In this document: piece after piece, positions 51,087 to 61,500 of the stretch
Layout of the letters: every line of letters begins with the position of its first letter
Numbering within the stretch: the first letter of the stretch is position 1
Assembly: GCA_964504875.1 (NCBI GenBank)
Contig: CAZDFJ010000004.1
Coordinates: 23,870 to 87,869, forward strand
Source of the DNA: an uncultured Burkholderiales bacterium
Lineage (GTDB): Bacteria > Pseudomonadota > Gammaproteobacteria > Burkholderiales > CAZDFJ01
DNA: 64,000 nucleotides
Direction: 5' to 3'
The notes under the pieces: generated by a model
What the model saw: the letters and a program-made list of their open reading frames with translations, nothing else
The model's database searches: none
What the model was told of the DNA's origin: nothing
Translations under genes and position numbers: made by a program

Positions 51087-51110
51087 ATCATTTGATGTGG
51101 TTTCAGAAAA

Positions 51111-52448
51111 TTAGGCGGCATTCTCAAATAAGATTTTCCATTGACCATTTTCTTTATGCCAGTACTGACGTTTGCGCATTTGTTGATTTAAGTTGTTACT
51201 TTTGTAATCTTGCCAAAAAGTCACGACGATTAAATCTTTATTATTTGGATATTCAAAAACGCTTAGTTGAGAAAGCTTGACATCAATAAAAGTCTTGGTC
51301 GCATTGACTGCCACTTTCTGTTTTGCAAAGTTATAAAAATCTTGTCCATTTTGACGGTATTGAGTGGAATAATAGCTCAGATATTTTGTGACATCTCGGG
51401 ATGCCCAATCTTTGCGCCAATTTTCTACTTCTGTCAAAATTTCTTTTTCAAGAGGATGCTCTGTTTGTGGATCAGCCCATTCGATTTTGTCGCTAATAAT
51501 AACAGGGGTTGTCCCAATTTGAAGCATTTGCCGAATGTTTTTTAAATCATCGTTAGTGACAACAACACAACCATTGCTGGCGCGGGGAGGACGACTATAT
51601 GTGTCGCTAGGCGTACCATGTAGCCAAATCCCATGTCCGGTCCGGCCATGTTGTTTGTCCCATTCATTAGGATAATTTAACGGATAAGCCCCATCCCCAT
51701 AAAGATCCGCGAGTTTATTTTTGGGGAGATTCGCGACCACAAAATAGACACCAATTGGGGTACGTTGATCCCCTTCCCGTAATTTATCTACGCCATTTTT
51801 ACCTACCGTCATGTAGTAATCACTATGGTAATAGGCAGTCCCATTTTTATTTTCAAAAAGATACAGACGCGATTCACTACTATCTGCGACGAGCAAATAA
51901 CGTTGTTCTGGCTGTAAATGTACCAGATAACGGGGCACTTTTCCAATAGGAATTGTTTGCGTATAACGTTTTAGACGACTTAATGCCTCTGCCCGAAGAT
52001 CATCAACTTGTTCAGAATGGGCATATTCTCCCCCCATTGCTTGAATAGGTTGGGATTGTGCCAGTAACAAATCTGCTTTAATCAATTGTGCTAATCGATA
52101 ATTGGGGCTCATTTCTAACAAACTTTCTGTTGCATGAAGCGCTTCACCCAACTGATTTTTTTTAATTAAATCAAAAATTTTTACTAAAGCTAACTCGATT
52201 TTCTTTGAGTCTACAGCCTCTTTAGATTGAGAAAGAGGGCGGGCGGAAGACGTTTCAGGGCGAATCATAGATTGCGCATAGGCACTCCCTACAGATTCTA
52301 AACCAGATTGTCCAACAAAATTACTTGTTGAATCAGGCTTGCTTTCGGAGCGACCGCCATCGTTCACATATCCTGCTGCTATCCATGTGATGCCAAATAG
52401 ACATGCTGCTGCCATTGGATAGCGATATTTGTATAAACCACTAGCCAC
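51111..52448 (-). CDS. L,D-transpeptidase family protein (YkuD domain) with a C-terminal NTF2-like domain
   Basis: The 445-aa product has the catalytic motif HGIWLHGTP...SNGCVVV. Confidence 0.8.
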   Translation of the reverse strand: MASGLYKYRYPMAAACLFGITWIAAGYVNDGGRSESKPDSTSNFVGQSGLESVGSAYAQSMIRPETSSARPLSQSKEAVDSKKIELALVKIFDLIKKNQLGEALHATESLLEMSPNYRLAQLIKADLLLAQSQPIQAMGGEYAHSEQVDDLRAEALSRLKRYTQTIPIGKVPRYLVHLQPEQRYLLVADSSESRLYLFENKNGTAYYHSDYYMTVGKNGVDKLREGDQRTPIGVYFVVANLPKNKLADLYGDGAYPLNYPNEWDKQHGRTGHGIWLHGTPSDTYSRPPRASNGCVVVTNDDLKNIRQMLQIGTTPVIISDKIEWADPQTEHPLEKEILTEVENWRKDWASRDVTKYLSYYSTQYRQNGQDFYNFAKQKVAVNATKTFIDVKLSQLSVFEYPNNKDLIVVTFWQDYKSNNLNQQMRKRQYWHKENGQWKILFENAA

Positions 52449-53562
52449 CAGTTCGTTCCTCTTGAATTTGCCATTTGTTTTGTTTATTCCGCTCTAACAC
52501 TAATGTTTTCGCGGTTGTGTTATGTAAATGATCCGAACTATAATACTGTCTAAAAGAGATCATTACTTTCTTGTCAGAAAGCGGTTTAACTTTAATATTT
52601 TCCAGACGAACTTGAATTGATTTTGGGCGAATAATCCGATCTCGTCGTTGACTCTCCCACTGTTTGCGGGATGTATTTCCTGGAGGATTAAACGATGCGC
52701 CATAATACCCTAAATAGCCATTCACGTTTTTAGACGACCACGCAGCGGCCCAACCTTTTGCCGTTTCTACTGCTTCTTTTTCTGTCTCGCCTGTTCCATT
52801 TGTTGGAGGCGTCCCATTGTTATTGTTTGTTCCCACCGTTTTGTTGGGCAAACTTAATTTAAGCTCTTCCCCATTTAAAGCTGTAGCGGGTTTTTTGGGG
52901 GGTTCCACAGTCGTTGCGGCTACAGGAGGCTTGGGTGTGGCGACCACTTTCGGCGGATGGACAGGCGTATTTTGCGCGAGCGTTGTCACAACACGCGGCG
53001 GCGTACTCACTGAATGTTTTGCCGTTTGTGGACTTTGTGCATTTGGGATAGCAGAAGAAACTTCACGAACAAGAACCAATTTCGCTGGTTTAATACTATT
53101 TGCTTTCTCTTTATCTAATTGTAACGCTTTATTGTAAGCAACGCTTGCTAAATAAGAATAAATATTAGATAAATTATCGTGAGCAGCAGAATAAGCGGGA
53201 TGCGTCTTGATAGCGAGCTCCAACGCATAACGAGCTTTATTATATTGGCCGGCGCTTGCATAAAGTACTGCAAGATTGTTATAAGGTTCGGGAACGGTCG
53301 GAAAATCTTGAGTCAACTGATAAAATACTTGAATCGCCTCTTGTGTCTTGCCTTGTTCAGAAAGAATAAGACCTTTTGTAAAACGGCCTTCCAAATTGCG
53401 AGGATTTTGTCTGACATAATTCTCTATTTTTTCAAAGGCTTGTGTGTAATTGCCTTGTTTCATGTAGCTATTCGCGTCTGCTAGGTCGTCCGCATAGACC
53501 ATACTCAAAGAATTTAATATCAGTCCAGTGAGAAGCAATGTTTTAAGTAAGTGCTGTTTCAT
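52441..53562 (-). CDS. Exported TPR-repeat protein with a Pro-rich linker and a C-terminal NTF2-like domain
   Basis: The 373-aa product has a signal peptide, TPR repeats (YNNLAVLYASAGQYNKA), a PPxV-rich linker, and a C-terminal domain similar to that of the downstream L,D-transpeptidase. Its 3' end overlaps the next gene's start by 8 nt. Confidence 0.7.
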   Translation of the reverse strand: MKQHLLKTLLLTGLILNSLSMVYADDLADANSYMKQGNYTQAFEKIENYVRQNPRNLEGRFTKGLILSEQGKTQEAIQVFYQLTQDFPTVPEPYNNLAVLYASAGQYNKARYALELAIKTHPAYSAAHDNLSNIYSYLASVAYNKALQLDKEKANSIKPAKLVLVREVSSAIPNAQSPQTAKHSVSTPPRVVTTLAQNTPVHPPKVVATPKPPVAATTVEPPKKPATALNGEELKLSLPNKTVGTNNNNGTPPTNGTGETEKEAVETAKGWAAAWSSKNVNGYLGYYGASFNPPGNTSRKQWESQRRDRIIRPKSIQVRLENIKVKPLSDKKVMISFRQYYSSDHLHNTTAKTLVLERNKQNKWQIQEERTGG

Positions 53563-53671
53563 TATGCAAAAGAAATAAGAAGATTATAGTTGAAAACAAA
53601 AACATTGTGTGTTATCTAGTAAGATTAATTTTTTCGTGATTAATTATTGTATCAGAGTCGTGCTTACTATT

Positions 53672-55102
53672 ATGTCTGTTAAAACTCGTTTCGCACCAAG
53701 CCCAACTGGCTTGGTTCATTTTGGAAATATTCGTACAGCTTTATTTAACGCCTTATTTGCACGTAAACATCAAGGCACTTTTTTGTTACGGATCGAAGAT
53801 ACTGATTTAGAGCGTAGCCAAGATCAATATACTCAAGCGTTAAAAGAAGATCTTGTCTGGCTAGGTTTAGATTGGCAAGAAGGTCCTGCATTTTCTGACA
53901 ATCAGCATGGGCAGTATCATCAATCAGAACGAACGGCCATTTACGAGCAGTACTTAAACCAATTGATTGAAAAAGGCTATGTTTATCCTTGTTTTTGTAC
54001 TCCTGTTGAGCTTGAAATTTCTCGAAAAGTTCAAGCCGCTTCTGGAAAGCCACCCCGTTATAGCGGGAAATGTACCCATTTAAAAACAGAAGAAGCCGCG
54101 GCCAAAAAGGCACAAGGTTTGCCTTACACCTTACGTTTTCGTATGCCCAAAAGTCAACAGATTATATTTAATGATCTTGTTCGTGGGACACAAAAATTCA
54201 ATTCTGATGAAATTGGCGATTTTATTATCCGTCGCTCTGACGGCACGTTTGCTTTTTTCTTTGTGAATGCCGTCGATGATGCGCTGATGCAGGTATCGCA
54301 CGTTCTGCGGGGCGAAGATCATCTGACAAATACACCCCGTCAAATTGCTATTTTAGAAGCATTAGGTTTGCCTATTCCAACTTATGGGCATATTTCTCTT
54401 ATTGTGGATCAAAAAGGGGCGCCTCTTTCCAAACGTAATGGAAGTCTTTCAATTCAAGAATTACGTGCGTTAGGTTTTTTCCCAATAGCGATTAATAATT
54501 ATTTAGCACGATTAGGGCATCATTACGCAGATAATCGTTTACTTTCTTTAGATGATTTATCGAATCAATTTGAAAGTGAACATTTGGGTCGTGCGCCTGC
54601 CTGTTATGATCGAACTCAATTAGATTATTGGCAAGGGTTAGCATTGCAACAAGCTTCTAATGAAACGGTGTTAGTCTGGTTAAAAAATCATATAGACACG
54701 ATTGCGTGGGCAAAAATCCCCGATTCAGACCAAAATGCGTTTGTTCAAGCGCTTCGTGCCAATATTACTCAACCACACGAAATCCTTCCATGGATTGATG
54801 TTGTCTATGACGCGCTTCCTATTCTTTCTGATGAAGGACAAACAGTACTTCAAAATACGGCGTCATCTTTTTTTGCGCAGGCTATAGCAATCTTGCAAGC
54901 TCAAAATGTAGTCGATTATAAAACATTTACGCAAAATCTGAAACAAGCGACACAAACAAGCGGGAAAAATCTTTTTATGCCATTGCGTGTTGCCTTGACA
55001 GGACAAACCCACGGCCCAGAAATGAGCCAACTGTTAACGTTAATTGGACAAGAAAAAGCATTAAAACGTTTAGCACACGTTCAGCAGTTTGCAAAAGCCT
55101 AA
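53672..55102 (+). CDS. gltX: Glutamate-tRNA ligase
   Basis: The product has MSVKTRFAPSPTGLVHFGN (HIGH region) and the KMSKS-like PLSKRNG. The ORF track starts at 53609, and the ATG at 53672 gives the canonical N-terminus. Confidence 0.9.
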   Translation: MSVKTRFAPSPTGLVHFGNIRTALFNALFARKHQGTFLLRIEDTDLERSQDQYTQALKEDLVWLGLDWQEGPAFSDNQHGQYHQSERTAIYEQYLNQLIEKGYVYPCFCTPVELEISRKVQAASGKPPRYSGKCTHLKTEEAAAKKAQGLPYTLRFRMPKSQQIIFNDLVRGTQKFNSDEIGDFIIRRSDGTFAFFFVNAVDDALMQVSHVLRGEDHLTNTPRQIAILEALGLPIPTYGHISLIVDQKGAPLSKRNGSLSIQELRALGFFPIAINNYLARLGHHYADNRLLSLDDLSNQFESEHLGRAPACYDRTQLDYWQGLALQQASNETVLVWLKNHIDTIAWAKIPDSDQNAFVQALRANITQPHEILPWIDVVYDALPILSDEGQTVLQNTASSFFAQAIAILQAQNVVDYKTFTQNLKQATQTSGKNLFMPLRVALTGQTHGPEMSQLLTLIGQEKALKRLAHVQQFAKA

Positions 55103-55219
55103 TATTTTTGAAATTGCAGGGAGGGATCTCCCACGGTCTGACGGAAAATAAGGTAAAATAGAGGTTAGTTTGTCCAAATATCATTAATAATATTTATAAC
55201 ATGTTGATGACATAGAGGA

Positions 55220-56863
55220 ATGCCAATGGAACGTGAATCAATGGAATATGATGTCGTGGTGGTTGGCGCTGGTCCTGCTGGATTAACAGCGGCGATTCGT
55301 TTGCGCCAATTAGCGATAGAACATGGGGAAGAATTAAGCGTTTGTGTACTAGAAAAAGGCTCAGAAGTAGGAGCGCATATTCTTTCTGGTGCTGTGTTAG
55401 AACCACGTGCTTTAAATGAATTATTCCCAGATTGGAAAGAGCGTGGTGCGCCTCTAAACACACCAGCAAAAAAAGATAGTTTTTTATATTTAACAAAAGA
55501 AACACACATTCAGTTACCTACGCCGCCTCAAATGCATAATGATGGAAATTATATTATTAGCTTGGGGAATTTCTGTCGTTGGTTAGGACAACAAGCAGAA
55601 GAGTTAGGGGTTGAGATTTATCCAGGTTTTGCAGCGGCGCAAGTGTTATTTACACCAGATGGCAAAAAAGTGCGGGGTGTATTAACAGGAGATGTTGGGA
55701 TTGGTAAAGATGGCGAACCTACTGATAATTTCCAACCAGGAATGGAACTCCTCGCTAAGCAAACAATTTTCGCAGAAGGCTGTCGCGGTTCTTTAACAAA
55801 AGCATTGTTTGAAAGATTTGATTTACGAAAAGGCGTCGATCCTCAAACTTATGGGATTGGTATTAAAGAATTATGGGAAATTGATCCAGCAAAACATAAA
55901 CAAGGCGCGATTACACATACGGTTGGTTGGCCATTGGATGGCGACACATACGGTGGTTCTTTCTTATATCATTTGGAAAATAACCAAGTTGCAGTCGGGT
56001 TTGTAGTGGGCTTAGACTATCAAAATCCGCATTTAAGTCCTTATGAAGAGTTTCAACGCTTTAAGACGCATCCAAGTATTCGCGGAATTTTTGAAGGCGG
56101 CCGTCGCCTTTCTTATGGCGCGCGGGCTTTAAACGAAGGCGGTTTTCAATCTTTGCCTAAGTTAACTTTCTCGGGTGGTATTTTAATTGGGGATACGGCA
56201 GGTTTCTTAAATGTTCCTAAAGTTAAGGGGACACATACTTCCATGAAATCTGCATTGGTCGCGGCTGAGGCTCTATTTGAGCATTTGCGTTCAGTTGATC
56301 CCACCGCAGAAAATACGCATTATCCTGAAAAATTAAAAGAAAGTTGGGTGTGGGAAGAATTGTATGAATCTCGCAATATTCGTCCTGCTTTCCGTTGGGG
56401 ATTATGGCCGGGCATGATTTATAGTGCGATTGACACTTATATTTTACGGGGGTATGCACCCTGGACGCTCCGACATCATCATGATCATACACAGCTTAAA
56501 AAAGCGTGGGAAGCACCACGGATTGACTATCCTAAACCAGATGGGAAATTGACTTTTGATCGCCTTTCTTCCGTGTTTATTTCAAATGCGAATCATGAAG
56601 AAAATCAACCTGCGCACTTACGGTTGAAAGATCAAAATGTTCCAGTTCAAGTCAATTTGGCTTTATATGAAGCTCCTGAACAGCGTTATTGTCCAGCAGG
56701 TGTGTATGAAATTGTACGAGATGATGCAGGATTGAATCCACGATTACAAATTAATGCCCAAAATTGCGTGCATTGTAAGACATGTGATATTAAGGATCCC
56801 ACGCAAAATATTAATTGGACAACCCCAGAAGGGGGAGGTGGTCCAAATTATCCAAATATGTAA
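55220..56863 (+). CDS. Electron-transfer flavoprotein:ubiquinone oxidoreductase
   Basis: The 547-aa product has an FAD fold [11 protein letters not shown] and a C-terminal 4Fe-4S motif [12 protein letters not shown]. Confidence 0.9.
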   Translation: MPMERESMEYDVVVVGAGPAGLTAAIRLRQLAIEHGEELSVCVLEKGSEVGAHILSGAVLEPRALNELFPDWKERGAPLNTPAKKDSFLYLTKETHIQLPTPPQMHNDGNYIISLGNFCRWLGQQAEELGVEIYPGFAAAQVLFTPDGKKVRGVLTGDVGIGKDGEPTDNFQPGMELLAKQTIFAEGCRGSLTKALFERFDLRKGVDPQTYGIGIKELWEIDPAKHKQGAITHTVGWPLDGDTYGGSFLYHLENNQVAVGFVVGLDYQNPHLSPYEEFQRFKTHPSIRGIFEGGRRLSYGARALNEGGFQSLPKLTFSGGILIGDTAGFLNVPKVKGTHTSMKSALVAAEALFEHLRSVDPTAENTHYPEKLKESWVWEELYESRNIRPAFRWGLWPGMIYSAIDTYILRGYAPWTLRHHHDHTQLKKAWEAPRIDYPKPDGKLTFDRLSSVFISNANHEENQPAHLRLKDQNVPVQVNLALYEAPEQRYCPAGVYEIVRDDAGLNPRLQINAQNCVHCKTCDIKDPTQNINWTTPEGGGGPNYPNM

Positions 56864-56971
56864 TCACCTTCATCGTGCTTTTTAAAAAAGACAATGCTTT
56901 TCACATGGATGAGAAGCATTGGCTTTTTCTCTTATTTTCTTCAATTAATTTTCTTCTGAATAGTTCGTTTT

Positions 56972-57934
56972 ATGTCTGTATTAGTCACAGGAGTTGCGGG
57001 TTTTATTGGAATGCATACTGCGCGGGCATTATTGGCGCAAGGGCAAACGGTTATTGGGATTGATAATCTCAATGATTATTACAGTCCAACTCTCAAAAAA
57101 GATCGGTTAGCACAATTAGCCTCCTTACCACAATTTCATTTTCAATTGTTAGATATGACTGATAATGAAGCACTTTCAATATTATTCAAGCAATATAATA
57201 TTAAAAAAGTGATTCATTTGGCCGCCCAGCCGGGTGTGCGTTATTCGTTACAAAATCCACATATTTATATTCAATATAATATTGTTGCTTTTTTGAATTT
57301 ATTAGAAGCGTGTCGTCATTTTCAAGTGGAACATTGCGTTTATGCCAGCAGTTCAAGCGTGTATGGCGACACAAATGATGTTCCATTTCAGGTGACACAA
57401 AATACGGATCATCCTATCAGTTTATATGCGGCTACAAAAAAATCAAATGAGCTCATGGCGCATAGTTATAGTCATTTATACCAATTGCGTCTAACAGGAT
57501 TGCGGTTTTTTACGGTGTATGGGCCATGGGGCCGACCGGATATGTCGCCAATTTTATTTGCGGATGCCATTTCTCAAGGAAAATCGATTAAAGTTTTCAA
57601 TCACGGGCAATTAGAGCGGGATTTTACTTATATTGATGATATTGTAGAAGGCGTGGTTCGGATTTTAGATTACCAAAACGACAAGCTGTATAATTTATTT
57701 AATATTGGAAATAATCAGCCTGTTCAACTCATGATTTTTATTGAAACATTAGAAAAATTATTAGGTAAAGAAGCCATGAAAGAATATTTGCCTATGCAAG
57801 CGGGAGATGTACATAGTACATATGCGGATGTGAGCGCATTAACCCAAGCGGTTAATTTTTTGCCCCATACACCGCTTGAATTAGGGTTAACAAAGTTTGT
57901 CACATGGTATCGAGATTATTATCAATCATGTTAA
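56972..57934 (+). CDS. NAD-dependent nucleotide-sugar epimerase (UDP-glucuronate 4-epimerase-like SDR)
   Basis: The 320-aa product carries VTGVAGFIG, the catalytic YAATK, and the N-terminal IGIDNLNDYY typical of this subfamily. Confidence 0.75.
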   Translation: MSVLVTGVAGFIGMHTARALLAQGQTVIGIDNLNDYYSPTLKKDRLAQLASLPQFHFQLLDMTDNEALSILFKQYNIKKVIHLAAQPGVRYSLQNPHIYIQYNIVAFLNLLEACRHFQVEHCVYASSSSVYGDTNDVPFQVTQNTDHPISLYAATKKSNELMAHSYSHLYQLRLTGLRFFTVYGPWGRPDMSPILFADAISQGKSIKVFNHGQLERDFTYIDDIVEGVVRILDYQNDKLYNLFNIGNNQPVQLMIFIETLEKLLGKEAMKEYLPMQAGDVHSTYADVSALTQAVNFLPHTPLELGLTKFVTWYRDYYQSC

Positions 57935-57967
57935 AAAAAGCCCCGGATTAAAGGGGCTTTTTTTTTG
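57934..57967 (+). terminator. Bidirectional Rho-independent terminator between convergent genes
   Basis: The stem pairs AAGCCCC with GGGGCTT and has A7 upstream and T9 downstream. Confidence 0.75.
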
Positions 57968-57971
57968 AAGA

Positions 57972-59858
57972 TTAACTTTTTGCTTCTTGATTAAGCATGA
58001 CCTTAATGGTTGCTTTTTGCCGAATTGATTTAAGATATGTTTCCCAAATACTTTGAGCAAGGAACTGACGGAATTGGGTTTGATAATACTGGCGTCGATC
58101 GTCTGTAATCGCAGTGAGTGGAATCACTTTATTGACCTTAATTAGGGTAATGCCCCCATTGGCGCCTTCCCCCGTGAGATAAGCTGGCATTTTAGGGGGG
58201 GCAACTTGGAAAATTGCTTTCGCCGTTTTATCATTGATTCCTGCGACCATCATGCGTTGGCGTGAAAAACCTTGTGGTTCGTTCCATTGAAGATCTGCGA
58301 CAGTCTCGCCTTTTTCCAAACGTGTAATGGTTTCTTTTGCATAATCCATCGCGCGTTTTTGGGCTAACTCTGTTTGTACCATTTTGAATACATCGGTTTT
58401 GACTTCAGAAAGGGGGCGTTGACGAGCAGGTTGTTGTTCTGACACTCGCGCTGAAATTAAGGTATTCGGCCCGACTTCAATCGCAGGGGTATTGCGTTTA
58501 TTTTTTAACACATCATCTGTGAAGACTGCATCTAACAATTTTTTATTGCCCAATACACCTGGAAGGGGATTTTTTTGATTCATCCATTCACTATGTGTTA
58601 CGGTCAATTTAAACTTATCAGCAACCGGTTGCAAACTAGCGGATTGTTCATATGCAATCGTGTTAAATTCTTCCGCAAGCTTGCTAAATTGTTCATTTGC
58701 TTTTTTCAGCATCATTTCTTTTTGCAATTGATCTTTGATTTTTTCAAAGGTCATTTGTGCCCCAGCTTTAATATTCGTGAGGTAAATAATATGATAGCCA
58801 AATTCTGTTTCAATGGGGCCCCGAATTTCGTGGGGCTTCATATTAAAAACGGCATCATCAAAAGCTTTGACCATCATTCCATGTGAAAAATAGCCTAAAT
58901 CTCCACCATGTTCAGCCGAACCTGGATCTTTTGAATATTTCTTCGCCAATTCTGCAAAATGAGCAGGATTTTTTTTAACTTCTGCAAGAATACGTTCCGC
59001 TTCCGCTTTGGCATTGGGCGTATCTTTAGAAATTAAAATATGACTGGCCTGCCGTTCTTCATCGCTTTTATATTTCTCTTTCGTTTCCTCATAATATTTT
59101 TTCAATTCAGCATCGCTAATTTGAATTTGTTTTGTCAACTCTTCTGCTGAAAAAACAACATAATCAAGTTTCACCTGATGGGGTAAGGCATACTCTTTTT
59201 GATGTTTATTGTAATAATCAGAGAGTTCTTTTTCAGTAGGATGGACTTGACTGATAAAATGATCTAAATTAATAGGAGAAAAGCTAATTTCACGTTGTTC
59301 ATCATTGAGACGAATAAGCAGATCCAATTGTGCTTTACTCATTTGACGGGTGTCCAATAAAGCCATTTTAATTGGATTGGTGATTAAATCTTGACGAACC
59401 AGCCCTTCAAATTGTACAGGCGTAAAGTTTTGTTGCTTTAAAACTGCTTCATAACGTTTTTGAGAAAATTCGCCGTTTTCTAAAAAAACTGGAATTTGAG
59501 CGATAAAACTAGCCACTTGTTGGTCCGAAACAGTAATGCCTTGTTTTTTAGCTTCTTGAATTAAAAGCTTTTCGTCAATCAGACGGGTTAATACTTCTTT
59601 TTTTAATTCAGCGCTTTCTAAGAAAGCAGGCGCATTCCCGCCCAACATTTGGCGTAAACGATTTTGTTCTTGTTTATATGTATTTTGAAATTCTTGTTGT
59701 GAAATAGATTCACCATTGACTTCTGCAACAGCGTTTTGATCGCCATTATGACGAACATAGGAATCAACGCCCCACAGGGCAAAAGGGACAGAAATTAAGC
59801 TCAGGAGAATTTTGGCAACTCTTCCCTGCGTATGTTTTCTAAAAAAATCTAAACTCAT
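57972..59858 (-). CDS. ppiD: Periplasmic chaperone / peptidyl-prolyl isomerase
   Basis: The ~628-aa product has an N-terminal membrane anchor after MSLDFFRKH and a parvulin domain (ASHILI ... GGDLGYF ... GYHIIYL). The ORF track starts at a TTG at 59879, and the ATG at 59858 is preferred. Confidence 0.85.
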   Translation of the reverse strand: MSLDFFRKHTQGRVAKILLSLISVPFALWGVDSYVRHNGDQNAVAEVNGESISQQEFQNTYKQEQNRLRQMLGGNAPAFLESAELKKEVLTRLIDEKLLIQEAKKQGITVSDQQVASFIAQIPVFLENGEFSQKRYEAVLKQQNFTPVQFEGLVRQDLITNPIKMALLDTRQMSKAQLDLLIRLNDEQREISFSPINLDHFISQVHPTEKELSDYYNKHQKEYALPHQVKLDYVVFSAEELTKQIQISDAELKKYYEETKEKYKSDEERQASHILISKDTPNAKAEAERILAEVKKNPAHFAELAKKYSKDPGSAEHGGDLGYFSHGMMVKAFDDAVFNMKPHEIRGPIETEFGYHIIYLTNIKAGAQMTFEKIKDQLQKEMMLKKANEQFSKLAEEFNTIAYEQSASLQPVADKFKLTVTHSEWMNQKNPLPGVLGNKKLLDAVFTDDVLKNKRNTPAIEVGPNTLISARVSEQQPARQRPLSEVKTDVFKMVQTELAQKRAMDYAKETITRLEKGETVADLQWNEPQGFSRQRMMVAGINDKTAKAIFQVAPPKMPAYLTGEGANGGITLIKVNKVIPLTAITDDRRQYYQTQFRQFLAQSIWETYLKSIRQKATIKVMLNQEAKS

Positions 59859-60097
59859 AATTAAAAAGCGAAAACTCAAAAAATAAAAGATAAATGCATA
59901 TTAGTCAATCATAGAAGATTTTAGTTGTGTTTCTGTTCCATTAAACTTATCTAAGTCGATTATGCATAAGATTTAGTGTTAATTTCCTGTTTGAATAGAG
60001 ATCAAAATCTCTCCTTTCACAGGCGGACACGGTCGAACGCACCGCGCATATACAAGACAAATTAATGTTGATTCATGTTCCTCATTTTAGTCAATCA

Positions 60098-61099
60098 TTA
60101 GGACTGAATTTGTTTTGAGCCCAATTTGACACGTGGATCAACAAGCATGTAGGAGAAATCAGTCAAAATCAGGCCAATAATGTAAAGCACACTTCCAATA
60201 AAAACCATGGCTCGGAGCGTTGCAAAATCCTGTGCTTGAATGGCATCAAGGGTATAACTGCCTAGGCCTGGGATTGCAAAAAATGCCTCCATGATCAGAC
60301 TACCCATAAAAAGAAGCGGTAACACAGAAATAGTGCCCGTTAAAATTGGAATCATTGCATTGGGCAAAACGTGCTTAAATAATACATGAAATTCAGATAA
60401 TCCTTTAGCCCGTGCAGTACGAACATATTCTTTGCCGAGCTCTTCTAGAAAAAGCAACCGATACCAGCGAATGCCCCCTCCGAGGTTGGCGATCACACCA
60501 ATTAATACAGGCAATAACACAAACTTAAGCGCATCTAATCCATATTCGTAACCAGAAATAGGAACAAGTTGCCATAATTTGCTCACAAAATATTGTCCCG
60601 CAATAATATAAAACAAGCCAGAAATAGACATCAGAAAGATGCAAAACATGACGCCCGCTTTATCGATCCACGTAAGCCTAAAAAAAAGCAGCCACAAAGC
60701 CAGTACAATATTGACAAAAATACTCAATATAAAAGTGGGTAATGCGATGGCGAGACTAGGCATCATGCGTTGGGAAATATCTTGTAAAATATCCCGTCCA
60801 TTATCACCCTGACCAAATTCAAACAAGAACATTTTCATTGATTTTTGAAAAAAAATGGTTTGAGTCATTTTTTCAGGGGGAGTCATTGTTTCCGCATTAT
60901 TATAAAATAATGGGAGATTATAGCCATGCTCAATTTTCCAGTGTTCGATAACAAGTGGGGTTAAGTGTTTGTTTCCTAAATGCATTCTGGCCATATCATC
61001 AGGGGTATTTACAATAAAAAATAACACAAAAGTTAAAACATTTACCCCAATCAAGATCGGAACCGTATAGAGAACGCGTCGTAAAAAATAATTCCACAT
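60098..61099 (-). CDS. ABC transporter permease (peptide/opine type, DppB/YejB-like)
   Basis: The 333-aa product has six TM segments and the EAA-loop region YVRTARAKGLSEFHVLFKHVLPNA. Confidence 0.8.
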   Translation of the reverse strand: MWNYFLRRVLYTVPILIGVNVLTFVLFFIVNTPDDMARMHLGNKHLTPLVIEHWKIEHGYNLPLFYNNAETMTPPEKMTQTIFFQKSMKMFLFEFGQGDNGRDILQDISQRMMPSLAIALPTFILSIFVNIVLALWLLFFRLTWIDKAGVMFCIFLMSISGLFYIIAGQYFVSKLWQLVPISGYEYGLDALKFVLLPVLIGVIANLGGGIRWYRLLFLEELGKEYVRTARAKGLSEFHVLFKHVLPNAMIPILTGTISVLPLLFMGSLIMEAFFAIPGLGSYTLDAIQAQDFATLRAMVFIGSVLYIIGLILTDFSYMLVDPRVKLGSKQIQS

Positions 61100-61232
61100 T
61101 TAGTACATTCTACTCAAGATGGCCTAAAACACCAAATACACTATACACAAAACTATTCGTCATGCGTTATCTCGCTTGTTTCAAAATCTGCGTGATAATG
61201 AAGCACGAAGTAAAATTGCTCATGGCTTTGAT

Positions 61233-61496
61233 CTACTTTTTTTTATGTTCAGGAAGTGGAATATTGAGTTCTAGTACTTCATAATCGCCATGTCTATCTA
61301 GAGAAACCTTGATTTGAGACACATCAATTTCGATATATTTAGCGACGGCCCGTAAAATTTCTTGTCGTAATGCGGGCAAATAATCAGGGGCATCGCCGCG
61401 CCCTGAACGTTCATGGGCCAAAATAATTTGAAGACGTTCAACCGCCACGTCCGCTGATTTTTTTTGCGATCCAATTAGATAGTCTAAAAATCCCAC
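61233..61496 (-). CDS. minE: Cell division topological specificity factor
   Basis: The product carries (M)GFLDYLIGSQKKSADVAVERLQIILAHER. The GTG start at 61496 has a GGAGG RBS 8 nt upstream. The ORF track's start at 61535 would overlap minD by 35 nt. Confidence 0.9.
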   Translation of the reverse strand: MGFLDYLIGSQKKSADVAVERLQIILAHERSGRGDAPDYLPALRQEILRAVAKYIEIDVSQIKVSLDRHGDYEVLELNIPLPEHKKK

Positions 61497-61500
61497 GTGA

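Noticed and set aside
53609-53671. N-terminal extensions in the ORF track for gltX (53609), cheB (33113), lolB (16622), ppiD (59879), minE (61535) and rsmA (19561).
   Set aside because: Internal starts give the canonical conserved N-termini and, where checked, have better RBS spacing. The extensions are hydrophobic or AT-driven read-through.
59901-60100. A 12-bp direct repeat TTAGTCAATCAT (59901 and 60087) flanking 186 bp, considered as a MITE or insertion scar.
   Set aside because: There are no terminal inverted repeats inside the direct repeats. A single 12-mer recurrence in AT-rich DNA is weak evidence. It is mentioned only as a possible deletion scar next to the orphan permease.
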